Origin: the human T2T-CHM13v2.0 reference genome, Homo sapiens
Direction: 5' to 3' (one strand)
Assembly: GCF_009914755.1 (NCBI RefSeq)
Contig: NC_060935.1
Length of the DNA stretch: 64,000 nucleotides
Shown here: piece after piece, positions 15,045 through 29,345 of the stretch
Layout: the number at the start of each line of letters is the position of its first letter
How positions within the stretch are numbered: position 1 is the stretch's first letter
Program-made: the position numbers and the translations under genes
Notes under the pieces: model-generated
Databases searched by the model: none
Seen by the model: the letters and a program-made list of their open reading frames with translations, nothing else
What the model was told of the DNA's origin: nothing

Positions 15045-15243
15045 AAAAAGCGTTGACAAACTTCTTAAAGAGCCAGGCGGTAAATATTTTAGGTTTGTGG
15101 GCCACATTATCTTTGCCACTATTCAATTCTGCTATTGCAGTGTAAAAGTAGCTACTTATAAATGACCAAACACAGCCATGTTCCAATAAAACTTGATATG
15201 CAAAAACAGGCATCCAACAAGGTAAAGTTCGCAAACCCCTGTC
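15045..15243. mobile_element. MER58A (hAT-Charlie) relic
   Basis: gtaaatattttaggtttgtgggcca...gttccaataaaactt...gcaaacccctg. Confidence 0.75.
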
Positions 15244-17449
15244 CTACAAAGTTGATGCCACAGTGAAATAAGTTATCATTCAGTTTTTATACTGTGTTGC
15301 CTAAACTGCCTCATCTTCAAGAAGGTATTTAAAAAGCTTGGAGACACCATCTTTCTAGTCTGCATTTCACTTTCATTTAATATATTCACTAATTCAATAG
15401 TTTTCATTTTCTTTCACTTATAGAAAAGAGAAAAACACTGACAAAGAAAGATACCTTATAATGAACAGATACATGAAAAGGTGGGTACAAAGAGACAACA
15501 GCACTCTAGACTCTAATAAAGACGGCAAAACAACCACGTACATGATATATCAGACTAATTATAATATCCTAGATGAATATAGTATTGAGTATTAAGAATT
15601 GAGTGAACAATATATTTCTAAGGACAAAAAAGGAAATACAGTATTCTCCAGTTGGTCATTCAACTGAAAGTACTTTTTCATGCAATATTCTGCGACAACC
15701 TGGATCACCTGGTTTTGCCATTAAAAAAAAGTGAAAGTGTGACAATACTCTTTCAACTTTTATGATGTTTGTGCACCAAAATTTACTTAACAGGTTCGCC
15801 AAGCTTAGATTCTTACTAAAATTTCTAATAAAGTGGTTTTTCACTACTCTGTATTGTTCATAAATTGACTTAAAAATATAAAAGAATAAAAAAGAATCCA
15901 CTAGACTGAGTTAATAAATGGTGATGACTTTATTTGGTAGACTGGAAATTGAAACGTTAGCTTTCTTTTGAAAACAAGCTCTTTGTGCTAGCTGGGGAGG
16001 CCACTGTTCCTAAATACATCTCAAGAGAAAACGAGAAAACCTGCCCAGCCTATAATCCGAATGAGGGAGGAACATCATGTACCACACACCTCTGCAACCA
16101 CAACTGACTGGACTGTAGATGGAAACATGACCCAAAGGTAAATCCACAGGCTATGCAAAAGGGCCTGACGGGAAAACCTCTGCCTAAAAAGACAAAATGA
16201 TAATAATTAGGCCAGTGAACCAAACAACGGTCCAAAAAGCTTCAGAGGATTCAAGAAAATATGTTTGAACCAATAGTTCAACTAGTCTGTGCCCATGTAT
16301 GTTCTGTCCAGCAATATTTTCCTAGAGCACAGAAAAGTTCCAGGAATATCCTAGCCTCTCAGTATATTTTTGTGAATGAACAAATACAATACACTTTAAC
16401 ATAACAAGGTTTTGTCATTTACTCTTTCAAGATGAAGCCAGTAGAACTGAAAGGAAAATACTGTACTATTATTCAATCACCTGATGAACTAATATTTTCA
16501 CCTACATATTTTAAAAATAAAACAAATTATCTTAAATTTCTATTGAGAGCACATAGCTTGAGTTACTTATTCTGTTGCTCCAAACCAAAGATTAAGAAAG
16601 TTCTTTTTTAGAAAATAGTTCATTAACTGATATTTATTCATAAAAATAACAAGTTTTCCTATTTTTCATGTTATAATTATCACTTAATTATGCTTCTAAA
16701 ATAAGAGTTTATAATATCATCAACACAGTAACAGCATCATTCATCAACAGAACATTCAAAAGACCTCAAAAGGCAACTGAACATATGTTCATAAAAGCAC
16801 GCACCATTTACATTTAAACTCTCTATGTGTCTATCTCTAGCAATTAACTGGCTTCCTGGAAAATTAGACAAAAACATTAAGGAAATTAATGGATTCAATA
16901 ACAATTTTTATTTCCTCACTCTTCCCTACTTGTTTACACTATATAATTCAACATGTTCATTATCCCTGCCTATACAACCCTGTCCCCAAAATCCAATTCA
17001 AATCCACCTAGTCTGTTTAATCCTATACCGATAATTTTGCCAAATGCTGATACTTTCCTTCATCAATCTTTCAAAGGATTTATCCTGTATACAGTATATT
17101 GGGGCATTTCATTATATTTTTATTCATCTTTTAATGCAAATTGCCATGTAGTGTTCTCTAATAAAAGACTTTTCCATTCATCAAGAGGATAAATTCCTTG
17201 AGCATGAAGCCAATGGAATAACATGTGTACATATTTTACTAGTATTTGACATCCACAATCCCCATTAAAACACTAAAATTTAGCAGCCTTCAAGGAAAAC
17301 AAAGAAACTGAGTATTGTTAACTACCCTAGAAAAGCACATAAAGATTTTATCTCTGATTTTTAATTCCCCTAGATGACATTATTATCTATGAAAGTCTAC
17401 AGTTAACAAAGTCATTTTAATAGCTCTAATTTTATGATTAAAAATATTT

Positions 17450-18550
17450 CCCTCCCCTCCCCCTCCCCCTCCCTCTCCCCGGTCTCCCTCTGATGCCACC
17501 AAAGTTGTGAAAGCCGAGGCTGGACTGTACTGCCGCCATCTCGGCTCACTGCAACCTCCCTGCCTGATTCTCCTGCCTCAGCCTGCAGAGTGCCTGGGAT
17601 TGCAGGCCCGCACCGCCACACCTGACTGGTTTTTGCATTTTTTGGTGGAGACGGGGTTTCGCCGTGTTGGCCGGGCTGGTCTCCAGCTCCTGACCGCAAG
17701 TGATCTGCCTGCCTCGGCCTCCCGAGGTGCCGGGATTGCAGACGGAGTCTCGCTCACTCAGTGCTCAATGTTGCCCAGGCTGGAGTGCAGTGGCGTGATC
17801 TCGGCTCGCTACAACCTCCACCTCCCAGCTGCCTGCCTTGGCCTCCCAAAGTGCCAAGACTGCAGCCTCTGCCTGGCCGCCACCCCGTCTGGGAAGTGAA
17901 GAGCGTCTCTGCCTGGCCGCCCATCGTCTGGGATGTGGGGAGCGCCTCTGCCCCGCCGCCCCGTCTGGGATGTGAAGGGCGCCTCTGCCCGGCCGCGACC
18001 CCGTCTGGGAACTGAGGAGTGTCTCTGCCCGGCCGCCCCGTCTGAGAAGTGAGGAGCCCCTCCGCCCGGCAGCCGCACCGTCTGGGAAGTGAGGAGCCCC
18101 TCCACCCGGCAGCTGCCCCGTCTGGGAAGTGAGGAGCCCCTCCACCCGGCAGCTGCCCCGTCTGGGAAGTGAGGACCCCCTCCGCCCGGCAGCTGCCCCG
18201 TCTGGGAAGTGAGGAGCCCCTCCGCCCGGCAGCCGCCCCGTCTGGGAAGTGAGGAGCCCCTCCGCCCGGCAGCCGCCCAGTCCGGGAGGGAGGTAGGGGG
18301 CAGCCCCCGCCCAGCCACTGCCCCGTCTGGGAGGTGGGGGGCGCCTCTGCCCGGCCGCCCCGTCTGGGAAGTGAGGAGCCCCTCTGCCCGGCCGCCACCT
18401 GTCTGGGAGGTGTACCCAACAGCTCATTGAGAACGGGCCATGATGACGACGGCGGTTTTGTCAAATAGAAAAGGGGGAAATATGGGGAAAAGAAAGAGAG
18501 ATCAGATTGTTACTGTGTCTGTGTAGAAAGAAGTAGACATGGGAGACTCC
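17450..18550 (+). mobile_element. SVA retrotransposon (older, SVA_B-like), antisense to the host gene, 3'-truncated in SINE-R
   Basis: Degenerate CCCTCC head, Alu-like region, GC-rich VNTR of about 40-bp units (about 17870-18410), and SINE-R start (cccaacagctcattgagaacgggcc...ggagactcc). Confidence 0.93.
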
Positions 18551-18929
18551 AAAAATATATATATATATTTTACCCTTACTGTTTGAAGCACACTGCTAAA
18601 TGATCTTCCAGAGGGCCTGATCTAATTCACACTGCTACCAAGTATGCACAAGAGTGCCTATTTTCTGACAACCTCACAAACATTAAATATTATTCAATCT
18701 TTACTTTTTTCATTCTGATAGTTACTTCTTCACCTTTCTTTTATAATTAACAAAAGAGTTGAACATAACTTCACATTTTGGTTGGTATGTAGTTATTGGT
18801 ATGTGTAATACTGTTTTCAACTTATATTCTCTATCTTCAAGATTTTTTAAAAATTAAGTTAAAGCTAGTCATATTTGTATGACATAATATGCCAACATAG
18901 TTAATAGCTTTCCATTAAAATTATAAACC

Positions 18930-20190
18930 TCGAAATTGGAGGCCTTACTTAGACCTTCTAATTTCAAGACTTATTATAAAGCAATACTAAGTAAGACAAA
19001 GTGCCACTGGAGTTAAGGATAAACAAATGAATGAAATATAATGCAATCCAAAAAAGGCCCACACGTATACGATAAAAGTTTATTTATGACACAGGAGCCA
19101 ATGCAATTCAAAAGAACAGCATTGTCAATCAATCAGAACAGTACAGTTTTTAAAAGTATGCAAAAATTAAGAATAAAACTTCAATCTTCTCTTAAATAAT
19201 ATACAAAAATTAATTCAGGATGGAAATTCATTCATTATGAAAAATAAATATTCTAAAAATAAACACAATAATAAATCTGAGGTAAGTAGCAAGAAGCAAA
19301 AAAAACTCATAAGCAAAAAAAATTAATACATTCAACGACATCAAAATTACAAACAAGGAAGTTATACTCAACATATATAAAGAAATCCTTGTAACAAAAT
19401 AACTAATAATCCAATTTTTAAACTTGCAAAAAAAAAACCTCAACAGTTATTTCACAGAACAGAATACTAATAGCCAATAATCAAGCTACTCAGTGTCATT
19501 ATTCATCAAGAAAAAGCAAAATAAAATCACAATGAAGTAACAGTGCACACCTGCCAAAAAGCCCAAATTAAAAATAAAGTAGAATAGGGTACCAGTGTTG
19601 GCAAAGATGCATTGGTGGTTAGAGTATACAACAGCATAGCCATTTGGGAAATTGTATGATAATTAATTGGTAATTCCTACTAAGCATACTCCATGATCCT
19701 ATGACTACACTCCCAAATATGTATCCCCCTAAATTATTTCACATGTACAACAAAAACTTGTACATAAATATTAACAGAAGCTTATTCATAACCACTAAAA
19801 ATAGAAACATTACAAATACACAAAGAGCAGAATCAGTGAATAAATTATGGCATATATATATATGCAATGGAATTCTGTGATCGAAAAATAATTATTAATA
19901 TATTAAACAACATGAATAAATCTAACAGTTGTTATAGTACATGAAAGAAGACAGAAGAAAAAAATCTTGCTGTCTTATTACATTTATATGAAGTTCAAGA
20001 ATAGGTAAAATTATTCATAGAAATAAGTGTTACAACTGGCTGGTGAGAAATACGAAAAAACCTTACCAAGAACTGTTTTATATCTCGGTGTGGGTGGTGG
20101 TTTCACAGAAGTATACAAGACATCAAATGGACAAACATTAGTGCATTTTACTCACTTATGTGTGTGTGTGTTAAACTTCAATTAAAAATT
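18930..20190 (+). mobile_element. Ancient L1M 3' ORF2/3' UTR relic
   Basis: ggaggccttactt..cttctaatttcaagacttattataaagc and later 3' UTR motifs. Confidence 0.65.
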
Positions 20191-20451
20191 AACAGTAAAA
20201 AGGTCAAGAGGAATTTTTATAGAACTTTAGCTGGTTCTACATTCGTCTGGAATAGTTATGATAACTACGGAAACAATGAGAAATGAGAGAATAATAATAT
20301 TCCATAGAACTGAAAAAGAATGATGTCTTTCACACTCATTTTATAATACCAGTTAACCACAGATATCAAAACCACCCAAAGAAAACAGGACAAGCAGCCT
20401 TGGAGAGCCAGAGAATGTGGGCAAAGTCTCCAATAAAAAACCACCCAAAAC

Positions 20452-20618
20452 CACTTTTAAGCAACCAGATCTCGTAAGAACTCGCTCACTATGACGAAAA
20501 CGGCAAGGGGGAAATCCTTCCCCATGATCCCATCACCTCCCACCAGGCCCCTCCTCCAACTTTGGGAATTATAATTTGACATGAGATTTGGATGGGCCCA
20601 CAAATCCAAACCACATCA
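20452..20618 (-). mobile_element. MST (MaLR) LTR, terminal part only
   Basis: cacttttaagcaaccagatctcgtaagaactc...caaatccaaaccacatca. Confidence 0.85.
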
Positions 20619-20805
20619 CCAGGTGAGTGGTGGTATGGGTACTTAAGAGCCTGAGTGAAAACCCATTTTTGAGTAGAGAAACAATAAAGGAAGACCCTAC
20701 TGTATAAAGTCTGTGGGGATAACCCTTGGTATTATTTTCTCTCTCTTCTTGCATTACTTAGACCTGACAGCAGCCCAAATCAGGAAAAATAGTGCAAGAC
20801 AAGAC

Positions 20806-20962
20806 TTTTTTGTTTTTAATTTTTATTTTTAAGTTCTGGGGTACATGTGCAGGATGTGCAGGTTTGTTAGAGGTAAACATCTGCCATGGTGGTTTGCTGC
20901 ACCTGTCAACCCATCACCTAGGTGTTAAGCCTAGCATGCATGAGCTATTTTTCCTAATGCTC
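20806..20962 (-). mobile_element. Short 5'-truncated L1PA 3' end
   Basis: T-rich tail then ggggtacatgtgcaggatgtgcagg. Direct repeat agtgcaaga at 20791-20799 and 20963-20971. Confidence 0.85.
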
Positions 20963-21075
20963 AGTGCAAGAGTTTTAAAACTCTTAAAGAATTTCATCTT
21001 TCTCATGAAAGAAAACAAGAAAAGCAGTCTTGGAGAGCCAGAGAATGTGGGCAAAGTCCCCAATAAAAAACGGCA

Positions 21076-21371
21076 GGCTGGGCGCAGTAGCTCATGCCTG
21101 TAATCCCAAGACTTTGGGAGGCCAAGGCAAGAAGATCGCTTGAATCCAGCAGTTTGAGGCCAGCCTGGGCAACAGAGGGAGACCCCATCTCTACAGAAAT
21201 ATTTAAATGTTAGCCAGGCATGGTGGCATGTGCCTGTAGTTGCAGCTACTCAGTGGGCTGAGGTGGGAGAATTGCTTGAGCCTAAGGTTAAGGCTGCAGA
21301 AAGCCATGATTATGCCACTGCACTCCAGCCTGAGCAACAGAGCAAGATCAGGGGGAGAAAAAAAAAAAAAA
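21076..21371 (+). mobile_element. AluJ
   Basis: Full dimer with J-type motifs (cttgagccta.ggttaaggctgcag) and a poly-A tail. Confidence 0.9.
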
Positions 21372-21835
21372 GCAGGATAAGACCACAGTGATCCCCATGA
21401 AACTGAACTGATGTTGAAAACACCACCTATAAAAATCTAGATGAAACTTCAATCTGAACCCAGCCAGGCTGCTGTCTAATAAAGCACAAATCAACACTCT
21501 CCAGAGGATTTCAATAAGGAGTCAGAGTCTCACAGCATAATATTCAGAATGTCCATGACATAATTAAAAATTACTAGCTATATCAAAAACCAGACAAATA
21601 TGAGCTATTTCCATAGGAAAATACAACCTAGAAATGTCAAATCTGAAATGAAACAGATTGGACTAATCAGACAAAGACTTTAAAACAGGTATTATAAACA
21701 CACTGCATTAGATATTGGAACCAATGGAAAGACTGAAATTCTCTTACAAAAAGAAAATAAAAACTATAAAAAACCCAAATATAAATTTTAGAACAGAGAA
21801 ATGTAGCATCCCAAATAAAAAATACTGGCTTAGCT

Positions 21836-22020
21836 TAATAAAATACCCTGAGACTGGGTAATTTACAAAGAAAAGGGGTTTAGTTGGTTCACGATTCCAC
21901 AGGCTGTGTAGGAAGCATGACTGGCGAGGCCTCAGGAAACTTACAATCACAGCGGAAGGCAAAGAGGAAGGAGGCACGTCTTACATGTTTAGAGCCGGTG
22001 GAAGAGTAAGCAGGGGGAAG
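21836..22020 (-). mobile_element. MST (MaLR) LTR fragment complementary to the 20452-20618 piece
   Basis: ctgagactgggtaatttacaaagaaaagg...ctcaggaaacttacaatc...gggggaag. Confidence 0.85.
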
Positions 22021-23526
22021 AGTGAGCAGGAGGAAGAGTGACAGAGAAAAGAGTCAGTGAACCTGATAACAGACAAAAAATCATGCAATCTGAAGAAAAG
22101 ATAGTTAATTTTTTTAAAAGACTGACAAAATATGAACAGACCTATAGATAGCTAACGGACAATATCAAAAGCTCTAACACTCATGTCTTCGAAGTCTCTG
22201 AAGATGAGAAAAAACACAATAATACAGGAAAAAAGTGAAATTTCTGAAAACAATACAAATTTATTGAAAGATATATATTTACAGATTCAAGATCACAGAA
22301 AACAAAACAAGTAACATCAAAGAAAACTACAAACCAAAACATCATAATCAAGCTGTTGAAAACCAAATATAAAGGAAGTATTCTGAGAGCATCCAGAAAC
22401 AAAAAAGATACATTATGTATTGGTATGGAGTAATAAGGATTTAAATGACTGTGGATTTCTCATCAGAAACCAGAAGACAGTGGAGCAACGTCTATACAAT
22501 TCGGAAAGAACTCTCAACCCAGAAATCTGCATCAAGTGACAATATCCTTCAGAAATGATGTAAAAATAAGAACATACTAAGATAAGAGAAAACTAAGAGA
22601 ATTTGTCACCAGTAGATAGGCTCTAAAAGAAATGCTAAAAGAAGCTCTTCAGGGAGAAGGAAAATAACTCAGGTTAACTGAAATTTGGCCCTTCCGGCAT
22701 GAAGAGAGAACAACAGAAATGGTGAATAATTAGGCAAATATAACAGATTATTAATCTCCACTTACATGCTTTAAAATATATGTGCCAGTTGAAAGCACAA
22801 ATTATAAAACTGTCTGATGAAAGTTTATGTGATCTATATAAAAACTTTAACATAACGATGGTAGATAAGGGAACCTCGATGGTGGTAGGATTTCTACATT
22901 CTACTTGAAGTATAAAATAATAATTTTAAGTATAATATGAAAAGTTTAGTAAATTGGAACCAAGAGTATGTAAAAAAGATAAAAACACTACGATCAAACA
23001 GATCATCCCAAGACTGTAGGGGAGAAAATAATCATATAGTCATCTCTGAGGCAGTAAAAACATCTGAAAAAATTCCAAACCCTGTTCATTAAAAAAAAAG
23101 AGAGCGAGAACATCCTTAATGTGATTTTTGAAAAAGTATCCAGAAAGAAACTAAAGGTCTATAGTACTTAATGATGAAATATTTAAAGTTTCAAATTTGG
23201 TACCAAGAACAAGAGAAGGATGTATGTACCACATCTATTCATCATTATTCTGGAGTGCCTCACCAGCGTAATCAGGAAAGTAAAAGAAATAAAAGACTGT
23301 GCACATGTGAAATTTGAAGAATTCACAAACTCAGAATTAATCAAAGAATGTATCAAGGTCTCTAGGCATAAAGTAAATACACAAAAATTAACTAGATTTG
23401 AAACATATTAGCAATAAACATGCAGAATATAAAATTTTAAAACCAATTTTAAAATTCCAACTATAATAGCATTGAAGAAAACATCAAATACCTAGGAACA
23501 TTTCTAATAAAAAATGTGAAAGACCT

Positions 23527-23885
23527 TGCTATGTTCTGAACATCTGTGTTCCATCAAAATGTGTATATTAAAACCTAACGCCCAAGGTGAGGGTAGTAAG
23601 AGGTCAGGCCTTTGGGAAGTGATTACATCATGATGGCTGTGCCCTCATGAATGGAATTAGTGCCCTTATAAAAGAGGCATGAGCTGTGGGAGCCTGTTTT
23701 GTCTTCCACCATGTGAGAACACATAAAAGGTGCCACATCTAAGAAAGAAACCCTCACCAGACACTGAATCTGCTGGATTGATCTTAGACTTCCCAGCCTC
23801 CAAAACTATGAGCAATAAATTTCTATTGTTTATAAATTACCAAGTCTAAGGTATTCTGTTATAGCAGCCAGAACACATTGAGACA
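23527..23885 (+). mobile_element. MaLR solo LTR (MSTD/MLT1A-like)
   Basis: tgctatg...ccctcatgaatggaattagtgcccttataaaagagg...gttatagcagcc..gagaca. Confidence 0.8.
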
Positions 23886-24364
23886 GAACTCTACACTAAA
23901 AACTACAAACATTGTTCAAAAATTAAAGACAATCTAAATAGATATATTATACATGCACATGTGCCTCATTTGCATAGATTAGAAGATACAATAATGTCAA
24001 GGCATCAATTCTTCCCCAATATTATCTGTAGACTTATCTGCAGAAATTGGGAAACTAATTCTAAAAATGTATATAGAAATGCAAAAGACACAGAAGTACC
24101 AAGATAAGAAGGGCAAAGCTGGAAGACACTACTTATCAGATATCAAGTTTTACTGTAAAAGTATAATAACTAAGACAGTGTGGTATCTGGTCTAAGTCTA
24201 GAAAAATGGACCAAAAGATCACAATAGAGAATTCAGACAGCAGCCAACAATATGGTTATCTGACTCATGACAAAGGCACCACCGCAATTAAGTCAGAAAA
24301 AAGATGGCCATTTCAATAACTGTACTAAGTCAATCTGATTTCTATATGAATAAAAATGAACGCT

Positions 24365-24738
<374 letters not shown>

Positions 24739-27700
24739 TTAACATGTTCTTCTATAAAGTACCTTCATGACATTGGGATAGGCGAAGATTTCTTAAAAGG
24801 ACACACACGGAAAAAACAATTATTCCGACACCCTACCGAATTTAATAAAGTGGACTTCACTAAATCTAAGCATTTCTGATTACCAAATGATAAAATTAAG
24901 CATTCAAAAAGATAAGTCAGAGTCTAAAAGAAGAAATTGGAAGATATGTCTCAGATAAATGACTAGTGCCCATAATAGATAAAGAACTTCTAAACATTAA
25001 CCTAAAAAAAGACAACCTAACAGAAAAAAAAGGCAAAACTTGAATGAGCACATTACAAAAGAGGATATCTCAAGGGTCAATAAGAATATGAAATGGTGCC
25101 AAACATAAATAATCATCATAGAAATAAGGCCCACGTAAGATTCTATTACACACAGAACCCTGGCACAAAAACTACATATTGCAGGATTTCATGTATAAAA
25201 ACAACGATTACCTTTGGTGGGAAAGATAATGACTGAGAGGTACTCAAGAGAGATTTCTGAATTTCAGGAAAAGTTCTATGTTTAAATCTGGGTGGTGATC
25301 ACATAAGAAGAAAACATAAGCAAAAAGTCATAAAGCTGTAAGATAAGGTTTGTGACTTCTCTGTATGTAAGATATACCTAAATAACAAAGTAAATAAAAT
25401 TAAATGGGAAAAACAGACAATAGCAAGGAAGTGGAAAATTATAGGCTAATCTCATTAAACACAAATGCAAAAAACATAAGCTAAATAGAATAATAAATCA
25501 AATCTATCATTGTGTTAAAAACATACATCATAAGTGAATTAAATTTGTTTCAAGAATGCAAAGATGGCTTAATAGAACATCTATTAAGTCTTTAATTAAA
25601 ATTAAAATGAGGAAAAAGCATTAGATTATTGCAATAGATAACAGAAAAATTGTCTGATAAAACTCAACACCCATTCATGATAAGAACTACCTAGCAAGAC
25701 TTCTGGTGCAGAGTAGTAGATTGAAAACATATTTACCTCTGCTCTTTCTTGTATCTTACCAAACTAACACTGATTTTTTTAAACCATTTTCTTCTTATAC
25801 TGACAAAAGTACAAAATGCCATATGCATCCATAAGTATAAGGTTATTCTCTGCAGGACTGTTTCTAGTAACTAAAGGGTGAGAACAACCTAGATGTCTAT
25901 CAATAAGAAAACAGTTTAATACACTATATTGCATCCACACAATGGAATAGTCTTAGCTATAAAAGGAATGAGGAATACTTCAATTTATTGCTATGAAGTA
26001 GTCTTCAGTATATATGAACTGAAAAAAAAAAGCATGGTACAAAAACAGGTTACCTTCTAACTAAAAGACTGTAAATATAAAAATATATATATGTGTTTTC
26101 TTACACTTAAAAAAAATGGGAAGATAAACTAAAAACTAATTTAGATGCTTACCTAGGAGGGAACAAAGAGATAGGGATGGAAGATTTTTCTGAATGTCTC
26201 AGTTTTGTAGTTCAGATTTTGGGGTCATGTAAGTGTTATAAGTATTTGTAAAATTAAATTAAATTAAATTAAAATGGGATGAAAGGGCAATCCCTAAGAT
26301 CAAAAAACAAATAAAACAAATGAACTTAATTATAAGTTGGTACCTTAAGCACACAGAGAACAATTACCTCAAATGACAGTGAAGAAAAGTACTAATAATA
26401 TATTCCTAGTGGGATATGTCCTAGAGATGAAAGGAAACAAACTGTTTGGGAATAGTGACATTATCGTTCTGAAACTATTAAAAGAAGACGATTAAAGCAA
26501 ACAAATAGTTGTTAATGTCACTAAAAACTAAGGTTTTAATCATAAGAGATACAAATATAAAATCGAAGAAATTAAGGAGAAACCCATATTCATTTCTTTT
26601 TTGAGGGTGTGTGTCTGTGTGTTTAAATAAGGCAGCTAGACTGACAGTGGACAGTCACATGCAGATGATGTATTAAATCTTGATTATGGCACAGCATATA
26701 GTGTTTTATGATACACGTGTGTAAGATTATAAAATGAGAATTCAATACTAATACAGTTAAATTTGAAGCTGATTAAATACTAAAGAATGTTCAGTGTCAA
26801 TTACTGTACATTAACATGCAGCAGGAAGGAGGTAGAATATCACAGGGCTTTTTTATTCTTTTCTTAACATTTTAATAAAAGCACATTAAAATATATGACA
26901 TACATTTATCAAATTTATAGATAAAAGAAAACTGAAATGGACATTCACAAACTGAGTGACAGAATTCAAAGAGATTTTTAAAAGCTGCCAAGACAAACCA
27001 AATGAATGTGAAGTTTATCAATAATAAAAACTGAAGCCCTGAATTTAAATTCAAAATTCAATTATATAAGTATGGGGATGGGGAGCAAACTGTTTGACAA
27101 GAATTCATGTAACAAGATCTGAGATCTATAGTTTACCACAAGCTTAATATAAGCCACAAGTATACCCTTACTGGTAAAAGAAAAAAAAAAAAAACAATGC
27201 CGTCTTAAAAAGTAGAGCATCTCTAACAAGGGAAATATTTGTATCCCTATAATCTGAACCAGTTAAACCACATAGAGAACAGTTCATCCATTTCAGGAAA
27301 ATACAATTTGATATGGAAAACTTGCAAAACTAGGAATTAGCAATGTTTTATTCTGTCTACTTCACTGTTTCCTAATCCAAAAAAATATTCTACCATTCCT
27401 CCACTGTACAGACCCTTTAAAGAATCTTTCAAATAGCTTGTTATCTTGGTCCCATATTCAAAGTGCTAATATTGACTGGGTAACTGTAAACTGACTTAAA
27501 AGTAGTTTAACACACTGTGTTCTGATACAGAACCACAAAGCTGGCTACTTCTACATTCAGCCCCACCACAAGCCCATCCTCTCCATATTATTTATGTGTC
27601 TAACCCTTTCAAAACACTATAAACTCCATACTGACAGGTATTAACAGAACACCAATGAGTATTACCAATTTTTAACTAAGAAAACAAAATAGCGTATTGA

Positions 27701-28340
27701 GAGATGTTCAACATAATCACAGAGTTGAAAGATAACTCATTTAGACATTCCACTGTAAAGAGGAAACTGAGACCAAGAAAGAAGAGATTTGCATAGTGTG
27801 TTAATCACAGAATTTGAACTGGATTTTTATCACAAAACCTACCATGTCTAAAACAGGCATATAAAAAGTTCAGAAACAATGAAGTTTTAAAAATAAAAAA
27901 TTAGAACAATGAGAAATAGCTTTCCTCTTATCAAAATTTTATATTTTAAAACTTTCTAAGACTGAAAACAATGGCACAAAAGTCGCTAAACATTACTTAT
28001 TAGAATATGAATTAATAAAACCCTTTTGGCAAGTAATTTGGGAATCTCCATATTAATTAGTTAAGTAATTCCCTATAAAATAATAGTAAAAAGAAAAAGC
28101 AAAACTCATCATAAAGGTATTAATCTAAATGAAAAATATATAACAAAACTCAGTCTTATTAATTAAACAGCAATAATATGTCCTATTACTGTATAGTCAT
28201 TAAATATGTTTATCAACATTTTCATTTAACATCAACAACAACAGATTATATATATGCTTCCCCTGCCCAATCGATTTTATGGTATATTAGTGAAATTAAA
28301 ATTTCTAAAATATCTGTAATTTCCATTGACAAATGTCAAT

Positions 28341-28706
28341 TGATATCGTTTGACTGTGTCCCCACCCAAATCTGATCTTGAATTGTAACTCCCACAATTC
28401 CCACATGTCATGGGAGGGACCCAGTGGGAGGTAATTAATTGAATCATAGGGGGCGGGTCTTTCTTGTGCTGTTCTCGTTATAATGAGTAAGTCTCACGAG
28501 ATCTGACAGTTTTATAAAGAGTTCTCCCGCACAAGCTCTCTCTCTTTGCCTGCCGCCATCCATGTTAAGACATGACTTGCTCCTCCTTGCCTTCCGCCAT
28601 GATTGTGAGGCCTCCCCAGCCATGTGGAACTGTAAGTCCATTAAACCTCTTTTTCTTCCCAGTCTCGAATATGTCTTTATCAGCAGCATGAAAACAAACT
28701 AATATA
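28341..28706 (+). mobile_element. THE1 solo LTR
   Basis: tgatat...actaatata flanked by the 5-bp TSD tcaat (28336-28340 and 28707-28711). Confidence 0.9.
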
Positions 28707-28765
28707 TCAATGTTATCACGTTAAATATATTATGAAGTATAAATACCAGAGAAAACATGTAAGAC

Positions 28766-29345
28766 TGTGGTAGGCAAAATTCTAAAGAGGGTCTCCCTTG
28801 CCCCCCAAGATTCCCACCCCATGGTTGTTCAATCAATCTAGGTACTGCTGAGAATAGAGGGTGCAAATGTAATTAAAATCCCAGGTCAGTCGATCTTAAA
28901 ATATAAAAATTATCTGGATAGGCCTAATCTAATCACATGAGCACTTCAAAAGTAGAGTTTTCTCCAGCTGGTAGCAGAAGGGAAAGTCAAAGATTTGAAG
29001 CACCAAGTACCACCCCTGGCTTTGAAGCCTGAGGGGGTCACATGAGAGGGAATTCATGCAGCCCCTAAAAGTTATGCCACCACACCTCCCACAATGACAG
29101 CCAGCAAGGAAACAGGGACCTCAGATCTACAACCATAAGGAACTGGATTCTGCCAACAGAATCTGCAGATGAGAACCCAGCCCAGCCAATACTTTGATTT
29201 CCGCTTTAGGAGACCCTGAGCAGAGAACCCAGTTAAGCCTGCCCAGACTTCTAACATGCAGAACTGTGAGATAATAAATGGGTATTCTTTTAAGCCCTTA
29301 AGCTTGTGATAATTTCTTATACATATTCAACAAAAAACAAATACT
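28766..29345 (+). mobile_element. MLT1 (MaLR) solo LTR
   Basis: tgtggtaggcaaaattctaa...gccagcaaggaaacagggacctcag...gaactgtgagataataaatg. Confidence 0.8.

Noticed and set aside
17412-18464. Long GC-rich ORFs up to 236 aa with repeated motifs, and an array-like look
   Set aside because: These are translations of the SVA Alu-like and VNTR regions. They are tandem units without unique spacers, so neither a gene nor a CRISPR array.
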